From Amoebophrya sp. A120 (Eukaryota; Protista; Dinoflagellata), in NCBI GenBank assembly GCA_905178155.1, contig CAJINV010000001.1, positions 3,215,675-3,279,674 of the forward strand: a stretch of 64,000 nucleotides of DNA, given 5' to 3'. The notes below the pieces were generated by a model, which searched no databases, was not told where the DNA came from, and saw nothing but the letters and a program-made list of their open reading frames with translations. This document shows positions 24,101 through 35,790 of this stretch, one piece after another; within the stretch, counting starts at the first letter, position 1; every line of letters starts with the position of its first letter. Made by a program: the position numbers and the translations under genes.

Positions 24101-26239
24101 GCTGCTCGTTGCTCAGCTGCCCGTCCTGCTTGTACGCGAGAGTGTCGAAGATCTGCAAAGGTTGAGGAAAGGTCGGATGGGAAAAATGGAACACGACGTG
24201 ACCAAGACGTTGTAGCTCGTTGCAGTCCGTTGAGAGGGGTACAAAAGGCAGATGCGCGCAACACTCAAAAAATCTACTTAAATGAGCAAAGTGCAGCTCT
24301 ATACCTGTTTCAGCTGTTCCCCGTGCCTCTGCGGCAAGCAGCAGTGCCTTTGCAACATTGCCGCGACAAACTGCGAGTAAAACACCTCCCGCACCTTCCC
24401 CGGAGTGTCCGTCGCTATTGCCGTGAACAGTTCCCGTATTTCGGACGTGGCAATGTTCGGTTCCAACCGTCGCAGCAATTCTGCGAAGTCGTGGATCCGC
24501 AGGGTCCCCCGCCCGGATCGGTCCATGACGAAGAAGAGCTCCATCAGATCCGCCGTGTCTTCGGAGGACAGCCGGTAGGCCAGCATCAGCAGCCCGGCGC
24601 GCATCAGCCGGGATCCGGACGCGAACTTCCGCAAATTGTCCAGAACCCCGTGTAACCTTCCCTGCATCGCGGTCACGGATTGGCGGTGGAAATATGGGCG
24701 CAGAAAATCGTGCTGCAGCGCCGCTTCCCCGGACAACCTCCGCTCCGGGTCCACGTCGAGCAGGCACAGAACGAAATTCTGGGCGGTCCGGCTCAATTTT
24801 TGCCATCTGGTGTTAAAACGCACCCGCCCGCTGCGGATCTTTTCGATCACCGATTGGTTGCTGGATCCCGTGAAGGGCGGCGACCCGGTGAGCAGCATGA
24901 AGGCGATCACCCCCATGCTCCACGTGTCGCACTTTCGGTTGTAGCTGCGTCGCAGCACGTCGGGGGACGCGTAGTGCAGGGTACCGCAGGGGAGCTCCAA
25001 AATGTCGCCGGCGGAGCGGACACGTTTGCTAAACCCAAAATCAATCAACTTCAGGTGCTCCGTGGAGGAGGATGAGGGGGAACTTGCGCTGCTGCTGCTG
25101 GAAGTCGAAGAGTTTTGCTGCTTGCTCGTGGAGTTGTGATTTGTCGTGCTCGTTGTACTTGGCGCTGGCGGCGGTTTCCCGCTGTTGCTGCGGCGCGGCG
25201 GATTTGATGTTGCACTGCTGTTTCCGGAGGTGGATTTGTGTGTACTGTTCGTTGCGGTTCCACTTGTAGTTCCATCAGCTGATCCCCCCGCCGGGGTGGA
25301 AATGGAACAACTATTGCCAGCACAAGATGAGCTAGTTCCTCCAGCACCTGACGCTCTTGAAGACGTTCTCTGCTGCTGCTGCTGCGAAGGAGCCGGAACC
25401 ACTGTACTAGGCAGGCTGTACATCCAATTTTCCAGCTTCAAATCGCGGTGGACGATGTTGTAGGAGTGCAAATAATTGACCGCGAGGAACATCTGGGACA
25501 AAGCGTGCGCCGCTTCCTCTTCTGTGAACACCCCCAGGTTGCACAGCCGGTCGTACAATTCTTCCGCGCAGAGCTCCATCACCAGCCAGAGGTGGTACCG
25601 GTCCTCGTACGCGTAGAGAAGTTTGCAAACGTTCGGGTGATCGAGAGACAAGTACACATTGATCTCCTCGCGCAGCATCTCCAACCGCCGCTCATCGGTC
25701 GCAAGCTTCTGTTTCGCAAACCCCTTGACCGCGGCACGCTGCCCGGTCACCTTGTGCTCCGCTAGAACCACGGCGCCGGAGAAACCTCGAATTAGGTTGT
25801 GATAGCTTTCGTACTCGTTTGAATTCTTTTTTCAAATCAATTTTTCCGCAACGCTACAAGAGTGTACTTACCACAAAACGCACTACTTTGAGAAGGTTTC
25901 AAGCTTCCGTTGCACTAGTCTGATCGAAAAGACCACACGATAAATTCTTCAAAGCAAATAACCTGTGCCCAGCGTTCGCTTCCGGTGCAGCTGCCAATCC
26001 CTCGTGACCGGCGCTTTGATGACCCGCAGGTTCGCCAATTTCGGCAGCAAAAAGTTGGTCCGGGCGAGGTAGCATTCCGGTTTGCTTTGTCGCAGTTTGG
26101 TCAATCGTATTGCCGTACTGGGCTCCGTCGGGGTGAGGGTGCGTTTTAAGATGCGGTTTTTCCACCCGCGCAGCCGGTCCCGGAATCCCGGCTCCTCCTC
26201 GTCGTAGCCCTGGTCTCCCCGGGACACTTCGTTACCCAT
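21102..26239 (-). CDS. CDPK: Calcium-dependent protein kinase (CDPK-like) with very long S-rich C-terminal extension
   Basis: MGNEVS myristoylation motif. Kinase motifs LGTG|FSGAV, AVK, HRDLKLEN, IDFG, GTLHYASPD, DTWSMG. EF-hands MDRSGRGTL and ADLTGKGTIDYQEF. Canonical introns plus introner 22593-22856. 3' end uncertain. Confidence 0.85.
22593..22856. mobile_element. TIR introner, family A (264 bp), imperfect TSD CTGCA/TTGCA
   Basis: tatggattgcagaaatgtctgggtctggaa ... ttccagacccagactacatttttacatttgata. Removal joins LSALVQ|RISSSS. Inverted homologue of 46231-46491. Confidence 0.88.
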
Positions 26240-27756
26240 CTTGACTAGATTCTAAAACTTACTCGCGATGCACGTTTGGCATAATTATCCTGTACGACGA
26301 TCCACACGCACAAAGATACAATCTCAGGCACTCGACTGCATGATAAAAAGTCGGACGACACTTACTCACTCGCTTCCCACGTCGTGTGAAGAGGACCAAG
26401 AAAGCGGAAGCGTACTGGGATTGACTCTCAAGTGAAACTGCAGTACGAGAGCGTGTTTATCACCGAAGGAGTTGCGTCGCGTTCTTTCGTGCAACGCCAA
26501 CCTCTGTGATGCTGCAGTACCGTCTTACTAACAGTCCTTTTCATTGAGCGACCTGGAAGACTGGTGTCACTGCTGGTGAAGTAGTTGCACAGTTGACACG
26601 ACCATACCGAATATGTCCTGAGGGAGCGAAGACGAACAGAACAAACAAGGTATAATGCCTCTAACATGCAAGACGCCTTGCAAAACATGGTCGTTCATTT
26701 ACCTCCCGTACAATTCTCATCCTTGCTCAGCATCCTAACTTGCGGCGAAATAATTTCCGTTGTTGCGTCTTTGGGGCTCCAGTGGCGTGGATCGTCGTGT
26801 CTTTTCTGAACCGCGGGCAACGAAATTCTCCTTACCTTCGCCGAAAAAGAGGAAAGCCGAAAAAAATCCGTAGGCAAAATAAAAAGCGAATCTTCCCTTG
26901 ACCAAAAGTTTGAGAGTGGGGGCACTCGAAAAAGTACAGTACAGTGAAAGTTCATATCGAAACGGGGGAACGAATGCTGGACGATGCCAGTGCCGAAAAG
27001 TGACAGCTAGCGATCCCCAGCCTCCAAAGAGTGTATACATGTGGTCCGTCGTTATGTTTTGAGCTTGTAGTTCGTTGTGGTAGATGTAGCCGGGGTAAGA
27101 GGCTGTAGCTCAATATCAAACAGTTGGATCGTCGTGTATTAGCGGAAACGACACTGCGCTATAGACACATTTTTAGGATTTTCTCCGTTTCCATGAAAAT
27201 TCGACCAAGAAACAAGAGAAATTTCACTCTCCCTTGCTTCACCGTCGAGTTCCCACGGAACGTTTTGTGATTAGGATAAAGGCATATTCAGAAACATTGT
27301 TTGTTCTTTCTTCCAAAGTGGTGCGAGATGTTGTTTCTAGGAAATTTTATTGATATTGTGCAAGAAAGTGAAAATAGCTCACCGTCCACGTCGCTAGCAG
27401 TCAGAGAAAACGGTGCACAAGCGAAATCTTCCCAGTTTTCCTCGAAATCACTTTACGCACCAATCTCCTAGTGTACTGATACCTAGCGGGGAGTAAAAAA
27501 CTGTTGAAAGTGTACAATGCATTTTACAAAAAAGTCAAAACAATTACAAGATTTTTCATATAGCATTGCGCCAAAAGAGTACACAAGAAACTAGGTTTGA
27601 TTTTGATTCTGCGTCATTTGAAAACACGAATAATGTACGATTTTGAAGAGGATTTTGTTCAAGTTCTAGTTGTCAGTTTCCGAAGTATGGATACAATTGG
27701 CGGGACGAATCAAAGACTTCTTCATTTTCACATTACGACCTTGACACCCGTGCTTC

Positions 27757-29952
27757 TTACGCCTTCCCGGCGGCAGCGGCTTCCGCCGCGGCGGCCTTCT
27801 CCGCGGCCTTTCGCTTCCGCCAGTTGCGCTGCGCGCGGGCGATCGCGAGAATAACCATGATACCCATCGCCATAGCCGAGGCTCCCTTCAGCTTCGTGTC
27901 TAATAGACGCGCAACCGTGGAGGACTTGCTCTGTGTAGAGTTTTGCTTTCGGATTTAATCTTTTTTGGTATGGCATTATGCCGTAGAAATATTTGACTCA
28001 AGGTCTTCAACTTGTGCAACTGCAAGTCACTGCCATAAGCTTAAGTAACTTCTATCTTGCATGCTTGTTTCGGTATGAAAAAAAAAGATCAAAAATGATA
28101 CGATCAAGAGCTGGAAGTGGTCCGTTAACCCGTAGAGCTGTTGCATGGTCAGATCGAAGTCATCCTGGGTGATGATAGTCGTGAGCGCCTCCGTGATGGC
28201 GGGCTGCAGTTTGGCTTCCTTCTGGGCCTTTTTGGTGATTTTGCGCTTTCGGGGCTGGAAACCGTTTTCGACGGACGCGCCGAGTGCTGCCATAAACTTC
28301 ATGGCAAACTCCTTCTGCTGCTTCATAGAACCACCCTTCTTGCGCTCTGTTTTGCAGTTTTGTTTCAAAATCTGTCTCTATCAAGAAAGTAGACGACGAG
28401 AGGCTAGGTATAACTGCAGAATCAGATGAACTGTACATGCTTCGCATGCGAAGGTTGTACCTTGGTTCGGACTCCTGGAAACGCGGGGGACGATGAAAAG
28501 CAAGGTTTCCATCAGCGTGTTGACCTTAGCAGCGTTGGTGTGCAAACAGCGGAGCAGATCGTCCGCGGTGTCATTTTCTTCGTCCAAAGCCAACGGCAAA
28601 GAGGGTTTGCGGAGATCCTCGTCGTCAGTGAAGTGCAACCTGGAGGTATTTTCAATTTGATAAATATTGATTGGCGTTGCCTCAATAATATGCGTGGACA
28701 ATTCATGGCGGTGGATGTTTATCCGGTGAAAAAAAGGAAATTCAAATTGCTTCAAAATGAAAATCTTGCGCTTGCCTATTGTAGTAAACAAAACAATACC
28801 TCAAGAGAAAGTTCGCTTTCTGGAGCACGTAGACGCCGTTCTGCGCTGCGGTGCCGAGTTGGAGCATCAACCGGTAGCTGGTGGATCCCTGCTTCAGGCA
28901 ATTGGGGTCTTCTTTCAGTTTTTGCCGCAGGTAATCGCAGCGACTGGAGAGGACCACCGACAGTGTCCGGCACAGTTCCGCGAGCTCTCCGAGAAAATCT
29001 GGGAAGTCCGCCACGCATTCTGCACTGTTGGTCCATTCGCGCGAGGGTTTCTCGGCGGTCTCCTCCTGTCCCGTGGACTCGCCCGCTTGCACCACTTTCT
29101 GCTTCTCGAAAAAGACCAGCTCCGAATCCTCCGGAAAGGCCAGCTTCACGTCGTGTTTCTTTCCCCGTTTGGGGCTGTCCGCCGGCGATTTTCTGCAAAG
29201 GTTTTTGGAAAAAACTTTTGCCTTTGTAATTGTCCCACTTGTTTCCACGTCTCGCAAACGCGAACGTGGTCTTGCCTGTGCCAGGTCTGCGCATGCACTG
29301 AATAGTACTCCAAGTGTTCTCATGAATTCATCTATGAAATAAGCCCTCGACATAAAAGTCATGATCAGCATTGATACTCTCCCGCCTTATCGAGGTCCTC
29401 CGCTTGTGCCGTGTCTCCGTTTAACAGGTGCTCAGGAATGATACTCTTCGTGGCCAGCAACTTTGCGCGGTCGATGATCGCCTGGAGCGCCGGTGGCGTC
29501 TTGCACTGTCCTGGCTTTCCCTCTTATAGGACGAAAAAAGTGTTACAGTTACACATTGTGTTGCAAAATTGGTAACACAGACAATCTTTCTCATGGAGGA
29601 AATGCTTTGGAGCCTCGTTTCCTTCCTGTTTTGCCTTATGATCTTTGCATTGCAAGTTTTCTCTGTCACGTGGAGAAAACTTGTGATGCTGCAGTTACAG
29701 CAAATGTGTAACTGTAACACTTTTTTCGTGCGATACCTCTCCGGTGGCAGCTTCACCATCGGCCCCAGCCGCGCCACCCGCTGCTCCACCCGCGGTCGGG
29801 GATGCACCGCCCCCCGCGCTCGCGGCCGAGGCTCGGAAAGTCCCCGGCTTCAGAGGCATGCCCGGACGGAGAAAGAGATCACCCTGTGTCAAAAGATCCA
29901 ACCGCGGTTTACGTTCCGCGCCCGGAACCGCGGCTCCCTTTGCTGCGGCCAT
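27757..29952 (-). CDS. Hypothetical multi-exon protein with IQ-like C-terminus
   Basis: MAAAKGAAVP...ATGE|GKPGQCKTPP joined across the introner, then four GT-AG introns. Ends ILAIARAQRNWRKRKAAEKAAAAEAAAAGKA*. Confidence 0.6.
29525..29735. mobile_element. TIR introner, family D (211 bp), TSD CCTCT
   Basis: tataggacgaaaaaagtgttacagttacacatt ... aatgtgtaactgtaacacttttttcgtgcgata. CCTCT at 29520-29524 and 29736-29740. Confidence 0.9.
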
Positions 29953-30741
29953 TTTTGGTGTTTTTAATCGACTTGTTTGGTGAAATAAATCGAGAAGTCT
30001 GTACTAAGTTCTGAGTCCGTGCTGCCCGTTTCTGAACGTCTTGAAGCGCTTCAAACCCTACTTCCGTCTGTGCGACGTGTATCTTCCCCTCTTGTTCTCT
30101 ACTTTGGCGAGCCAAAAAAAAACTTCTGTGCTATGTAGACCATTCAATGAAGAGAGTTTGGTGGGAGATTTTCGTAGAGACAGCGAGCAGAGGAACGAAT
30201 GCGTCGTCCCTCCTCACGAAGATGCCCGTCTGACGAATACGTAGGCCGTTTTTCATCTGTTTTCTCACTCGTCCCACGAAGCATTTCCTTTTCTGTACTC
30301 ACATTTTGAAAAGGCATGCTATTTGCAAAGCATGTGCTACGAATCGAAAATAGATACTGGAATAACGTTGTCCTGATAGTGTTGAAAGCGATGGGGTCTG
30401 GGTTCTTGCACACGAAGTTCCACGAGGGTAGATTGACGTTGATGGCTCATTGGCACTACTTTTGCTGAAGAATAAGCGAGTCGCTTTGTCTTCGACATAG
30501 GACTCAGTTTTTTCGTAGTCGATTCATTTTCATTGTTTCTGACGAGGCTTCTCCATACAGTTCCAAACGATGTTAGCAACCGACAGGCTGACTTTTAGTT
30601 GGATTTCTTTCAAATCCGATGATAGTGCTGAACACCGGCCCTGGAAAAGTTCGGGCGAACAAGAAATCCTGCTACGAGGAGTGGCTGGTGCACTGCAACC
30701 TCCCTACCGTAAGTTAGAGTTAGTAGAAGATTTGGGCTTCA

Positions 30742-32457
30742 GTAATTTGTATCACATGTCTCGCGCCGTCCTGTCATGGCGGCAGGGCGCATACTCTGAC
30801 AGCGATGGGGAAGAGGGTAGGCAAAGCCTACCAGCGAGTATGCACGATCCTGATACCACTCCAGGGCGGGAGGGTGGGGAAAATTTCGATCGCGCGATCG
30901 AATCGGGCGGCGTCTAGCCGGGACGGGGCGCTTGCCCATTTTTAGCCAAGCAGATACATAGTAGAGCAATGAGGAGAAGGGGCCCGACCCTCGCATACCT
31001 ATCAAATTACCTACCCTTATCTTCTCTCTGCCTGGACTCACAGGCTCGCCAGCCGTTCGAAGATAATGAACATGTAATTTGTATCACATGTCTCGCGCCG
31101 TCCTGTCATGGCGGCAGGGCGCATACTCTGACAGCGATGGGGAAGAGGGTAGGCAAAGCCTACCAGCGAGTATGCACGATCCTGATACCACTCCCATCGC
31201 AGGAAGGGTCGTGCACATCACTTGTCCCCATTGCCAACACGGACCAAGCTGCGTCCTGAACGAGGGAGCATGCCCCCCCACTCCGCCGGAGGGTTTTCCC
31301 TTCTGAGGCCCAATACTAGATAAGGGAGGGTGAATGGGGGTGGGGCGCTCGCCCGCACTCATGAGTGCGGCGACAAGACCCCGAGCGCGGTTCTCATCGC
31401 GCAGCGAGTCTGTCCGAATTCGCAGGCAGGCGACTGCCGGGCGGCCCCCCAATGCGGGGGCGCCCATTCCGTAGAGGTTAGCCACATGAGGGCTTTTGTA
31501 GTGGCGTGCCACTGCGTGATGTACTTGCGCCGCGTTTTCGCGGGTTACGAGAGGCGCGCGCCTCTGGATGGAAGCACCCTCCGGCCGGAGTAGCTAGCGG
31601 CCTCGCGCGCGGTCCCTCGTCGTATTCGGCGCTTGGCCTTGAGTGGGGCCTGGCTTCGGCAACACAAGCCCCTGCAGCGCGCAACAAAGCATTTGCGCAG
31701 CGACCGACGTGATGCCTCCGCCTGTAGTCAGGCAAGCTCCCCATAGAATCGGCCGCCTGGCCTCTTTCCTACCTAGAGCAGGCGCGGCGGCCCCGGCCTT
31801 TTAGCGTCTACGCTTGCCGCCGGGCGCGCTGGAGCGAGGCTGGCTCCACGGCTGCGCTGTGCGCTGCTCTTACTGAAAGCGAGGGCCACTCAGCCCGTCC
31901 AAGCGGTGCTTCATTCAACCAGAAGCACGCGGTGCATTTTCTCCCGGAACATGCGCGCGCGCGATGATTCACGGGCGAGCGACCCCCGGCCCCGGGCGTC
32001 GCGAGTACGCGGGCGCCGACTCTTGTCGGCAGAAGGAGCTGCGATGCAGCTACGTAGATTTCTGGGCGTTACGCCTCGCGCAGGGATCTGCAGTCGCACA
32101 CCTCGTGCTCAGTCCCCGATCGAGGATCTGCACTCGCTCCCCAGTTCGGAAAGCGGATGCAAGCTGGCCGCGGCAGTACCCGCCAGCACTTGGCTTTTCT
32201 AATTGCTACTGCGCTCCCCTGACTCTGTTCAGCGCTTGCTGAAAACGTCAAGAGGAAGAAGCGCAAATTTCGATCGCGCGATCGAATCGGGCGGCGTCTA
32301 GCCGGGACGGGGCGCTTGCCCATTTTTAGCCAAGCAGATACATAGTAGAGCAATGAGGAGAAGGGGCCCGACCCTCGCATACCTATCAAATTACCTACCC
32401 TTATCTTCTCTCTGCCTGGACTCACAGGCTCGCCAGCCGTTCGAAGATAATGAACAT
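30742..32457 (-). mobile_element. Non-autonomous split-direct-repeat element (PAT/Ngaro/TOC1-type tyrosine-recombinase retrotransposon derivative)
   Basis: 193-bp repeat A at 32265-32457 and 30881-31073. 121-bp repeat B at 31074-31194 and 30742-30862. Minus-strand order is A1-internal-B1-A2-B2. No TSD seen. Confidence 0.8.
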
Positions 32458-32512
32458 TTATATGTTTGTTAGCGCAACTACAAACTTATTCTTTGTAGTA
32501 CTTCTCCTCCTT

Positions 32513-35442
32513 CTACATCTGCTGACTAGTTCCACTTCTTTTCGCAGCGATTTGCCTACCTTTGGACACTAAATACAGTACCTTGTCTTCGGTCGTTTTC
32601 AGTTCGGACCATTCGTAATAGGGTATGTGCATGACGGAATAGCCTTGTATCTCTAGCAAGTAGCTATGTAGTTTCGAAAGCGCTGTGCGTTCCGTTGTGT
32701 CACTGTAGTACCCGTACACTCCGACACAGTGAATGACCGTTTTTCTTTCCGGTAGCACGACCGCGTCTTCGTGATCCGGATACACCAAGGATTGTTTCTC
32801 GCACTCGATTCGCAGCTCCTTCTCGACTATGTCGAAAACTTCGCGCTTCCATCGCGACGTCTATCCCACAGAAAAAAGCTGGCAGGGCATATTTCTATTT
32901 GTAATGCAAAAATAAATACACAGAAAAATTTGTCATGGGCGGCCCCATAGCATGCTGCTTCGGATATGCAAAAGATTTTTTTGTGTACTTATTTTTACAT
33001 TACAAATATGACCTGCCAGCTTTTTTCTTTGGGATAACGTCTGGCGTTTGCTCAGAACGGTTTTCCAAGCGGTTTCGCTTCCATCTGCGTATCAAATGTA
33101 AAAGTGTCTGAGTCTGGAAGATTCCGGGATTTGTGATGCATATTTCGTATGATACATGATGCATGTGATGCATGATCTAGCGTCACAGATTTTTAGAAAG
33201 CTTCCTGATGCCTATTCCGCATGAGAAATCCCCCCTCTCCGCGTAACATAAACTGGACTCTTGTTGCTGGTCACGCAATACAGATTTTTTTGGAATCCAA
33301 AGACAGCATGACAAGTTGCACTCTTCCAGACCCAGACATTTTTGCAATCCATACTGCGCCTTTGTTTTTGGTTCCACTGTAAATTTTTCTAAGGTTCAAT
33401 CGCTGTTCCGGCGTTAATCGCGCGTCTTTTGCTTCAAACTTTTCTTCTTCTCGCAGGTAACTGTGCTTCACTTGCTCCTCTTGCAGGCCTAAGAGTTCGG
33501 AAATGGACTTAGAAGTACTCTCTGCAGTTGTATTGTCCGTATTCATCTTTTCGCCCGTGTCAGAAGTGTTTGGATCCAAGTAGTCAAAGTTTGTCTCTCC
33601 TTCGGGAGATTTTCGATCTTTCGATTTCGCCAAAAACGCCTCCTCCTGGCCGGGGGGGCACGGAATTCGTCCGTGCTTCACTAGTTTCTCGACATGCGTT
33701 TTCAGCAGTTCCTGGTGTCGCGGGAGGACATCTCGTTCCAACAAAAAAATCTCGGCGCGAAACTTTTTCCTGAACTGTTCTTGGTGCTTCAGAAACAAGT
33801 AGGCCGACCGCAGCTTCCGTAGGTGGTAGGTGTCTAGTTTGGCTTTGTTCCTTATCAATGCACGCAGAACCGCGCGCACAAACTCCGGGTTTCTTTCCGC
33901 CCCCTTGGTGAAGCAAACGGACGCTTGCGCCAGCATTGCCAGCGCGAGAAGATCGAATTTTGTATCGGCTTTTGCATTTTGGTCTCTAGTGCCGGCAGAG
34001 GCATTCTCTACATCGGCGCTGTAACCACTCCCAACATCATCACCACTAGCACAACTGCTAGGACTGCTAAAAATTCTGCTTTTGTTTGGTAGCAGGACCT
34101 CCATCTCGTCACCGGTGGATGGATTTTCCATGTCGTCTTCTAGTAAAGCCAGAAGTTCCTTTTCTCTTTGCGATTGAATCAGCGATTCCTGGCTCATCGT
34201 GTCCTCTGTCGCGACATCATCAGTTTCCCCATCGTCACACCAGGATACGTGCTGGATTTTTCGCCCAACTACTCTGCCCGTGGAGAGAAAGCTCTCAGTC
34301 TCTGTGCTGACACTAGTGTTTTCCGTTTCCCCGCTTGCTTCGTCAAGCATGAAGTCCTTCAGCGTGGAAGGAACTACGGCGCTTGAAGCTGTTCCTACCA
34401 CTGAAGATTTTTCCAGCGTGACATACCCCCTTTCCACCGCGGCCAACTCCAATGCGTGGTAGAGCTTCGGGAAGTCGAAATCCAGTTTGCAGAAGGCGGA
34501 GTACAAAACTGCGATGTTCTGCGCCGAAAATCTGTCGTACTGCCGCACGGCGGCCTTGGCGCAGACGGCCAACACACCTCCGTCGCGCCAGTCGATCCTG
34601 GCAAGCGCGGCCACGATCAAGGCGAGGCCCTGCGGCTCGGTGTTTTGCGCCAGGATGGACATCTTTTTCGCCGAGAGCAATTTCCACAAGCGCGGCTCGT
34701 AGAGGTGGAAGTGCGCGGCGGCGTTACAGACCAGGGCGAGGTCCCACGCCGTCCACCTGCCGTGGAGGGACAGGTAGGACTGGAGTAGCAGCTGGAAGGT
34801 GTCTAAATCCCGGTTCAGTTCCAATTTTCGAAAAGCGTTGAGGATCAGCGCCAGCCCGCGCGGCGCGTATTCCGAGCAGTGCCGGATCGCTTGGAAGCTG
34901 AGCTCCTTCAAAAATTTGCGGTCCCGATACTTGACCCGGGAAAGTCCGTAGTAGAGGAGGAGCACGTCCTGCGGTTTCAGAAAGTTCATTTGGCGACTAA
35001 TCTCGTCCAGCAAGCGCTCCCAGACGCGCGCGTCGCGGCAGTTCCGTATCGCGCAGCGCCACACCGCGCGGCACGCCGGCGTTGCGCAGTCCTTCGTGGA
35101 GGATGAACTTGATGAGGCAATGTCTGGATTTTTGATCCCTGCGTCGTCAACGGACGAGAAAGACCCAGCGTAGTGCCTCGACAAACTGCCAGCTGAATGC
35201 GAAGATTCTCCAACGAACAATCTCTCAAACTCCCTAGAGAAGTCCTCCTCGTCGTTGCTGCGATCGGTGAAAAGCGAGCTCGCAGAAGAAGAAGTCGAAC
35301 CAAAGTTTCGGCGTGCATGTTCTAGTGCGCCGGCAGATGGTGCGGGTAGCGGAACTGGCAGTTGCACACTCCTACAACCTCGAGGACGGAGTACAAGTCG
35401 GCACGCGAAGCCCCCGTGCAAAGTTCTCACTTGTTCCGCCAT
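32513..35442 (-). CDS. RAP-domain/helical-repeat (FASTK-like) organellar RNA-binding protein
   Basis: Basic transit-like N-terminus, ~37-aa helical repeats (PQDVLLLYYGLSRV, PRGLALILNAFRKL, PQGLALIVAALARI, AQNIAVLYSAFCKL) and C-terminal LKLHSYLLEIQGYSVMHIPYYEW-type RAP motif. Interrupted by two introners. Confidence 0.8.
32862..33036. mobile_element. TIR introner, family E (175 bp), TSD ACGTC
   Basis: tatcccacagaaaaaagctggcagg ... cctgccagcttttttctttgggata. Removal gives KRQT|SRWKREVF. Confidence 0.9.
33090..33353. mobile_element. TIR introner, family A (264 bp), TSD CTGCG
   Basis: tatcaaatgtaaaagtgtctgagtctggaag ... cttccagacccagacatttttgcaatccata. Removal gives KGA|DGSETAWK. Inverted homologue of 59104-59366. 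Confidence 0.92.
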
Positions 35443-35790
35443 TTTGTGGAACAACGACGTTATTGAAGGGAGACAGATGAGACGTATATCAGTCGATTAG
35501 ATTCACGCGAAAAATCTGCTTAGCATCATCTACTCCTACAACCTTGATAAAACGCCGGCATTAAAAATGCATGACGGGAAGAGCGAGCCAGCTACTAACT
35601 TGCGAGACTCCATAACGCATCCGAGTGTTCTTCTGCTAAGCACAAAATATGGTAAACGAAGAACAGCCTTGGCCCTGCGCCGCCAGCACATGCAAAAGAA
35701 AACGAAAAAAGAACAGAAATAAGTAGCCAAAAAGCCTGTGCTTTTTTCATCAGTCTGCGGCTGCTCCGTTTTTCCGCCTGCCTACTGCCC

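Noticed and set aside
30934-30949. cccatttttagccaag resembles the dinoflagellate spliced leader
   Set aside because: Several mismatches and gaps, and it is antisense to the inferred element and gene orientation; likely chance.
30742-32457. Ordinary LTR retrotransposon/TRIM or CRISPR-like repeat
   Set aside because: Repeats are split and interleaved, lack TG...CA ends and a TSD, and there is no repeat-spacer periodicity.
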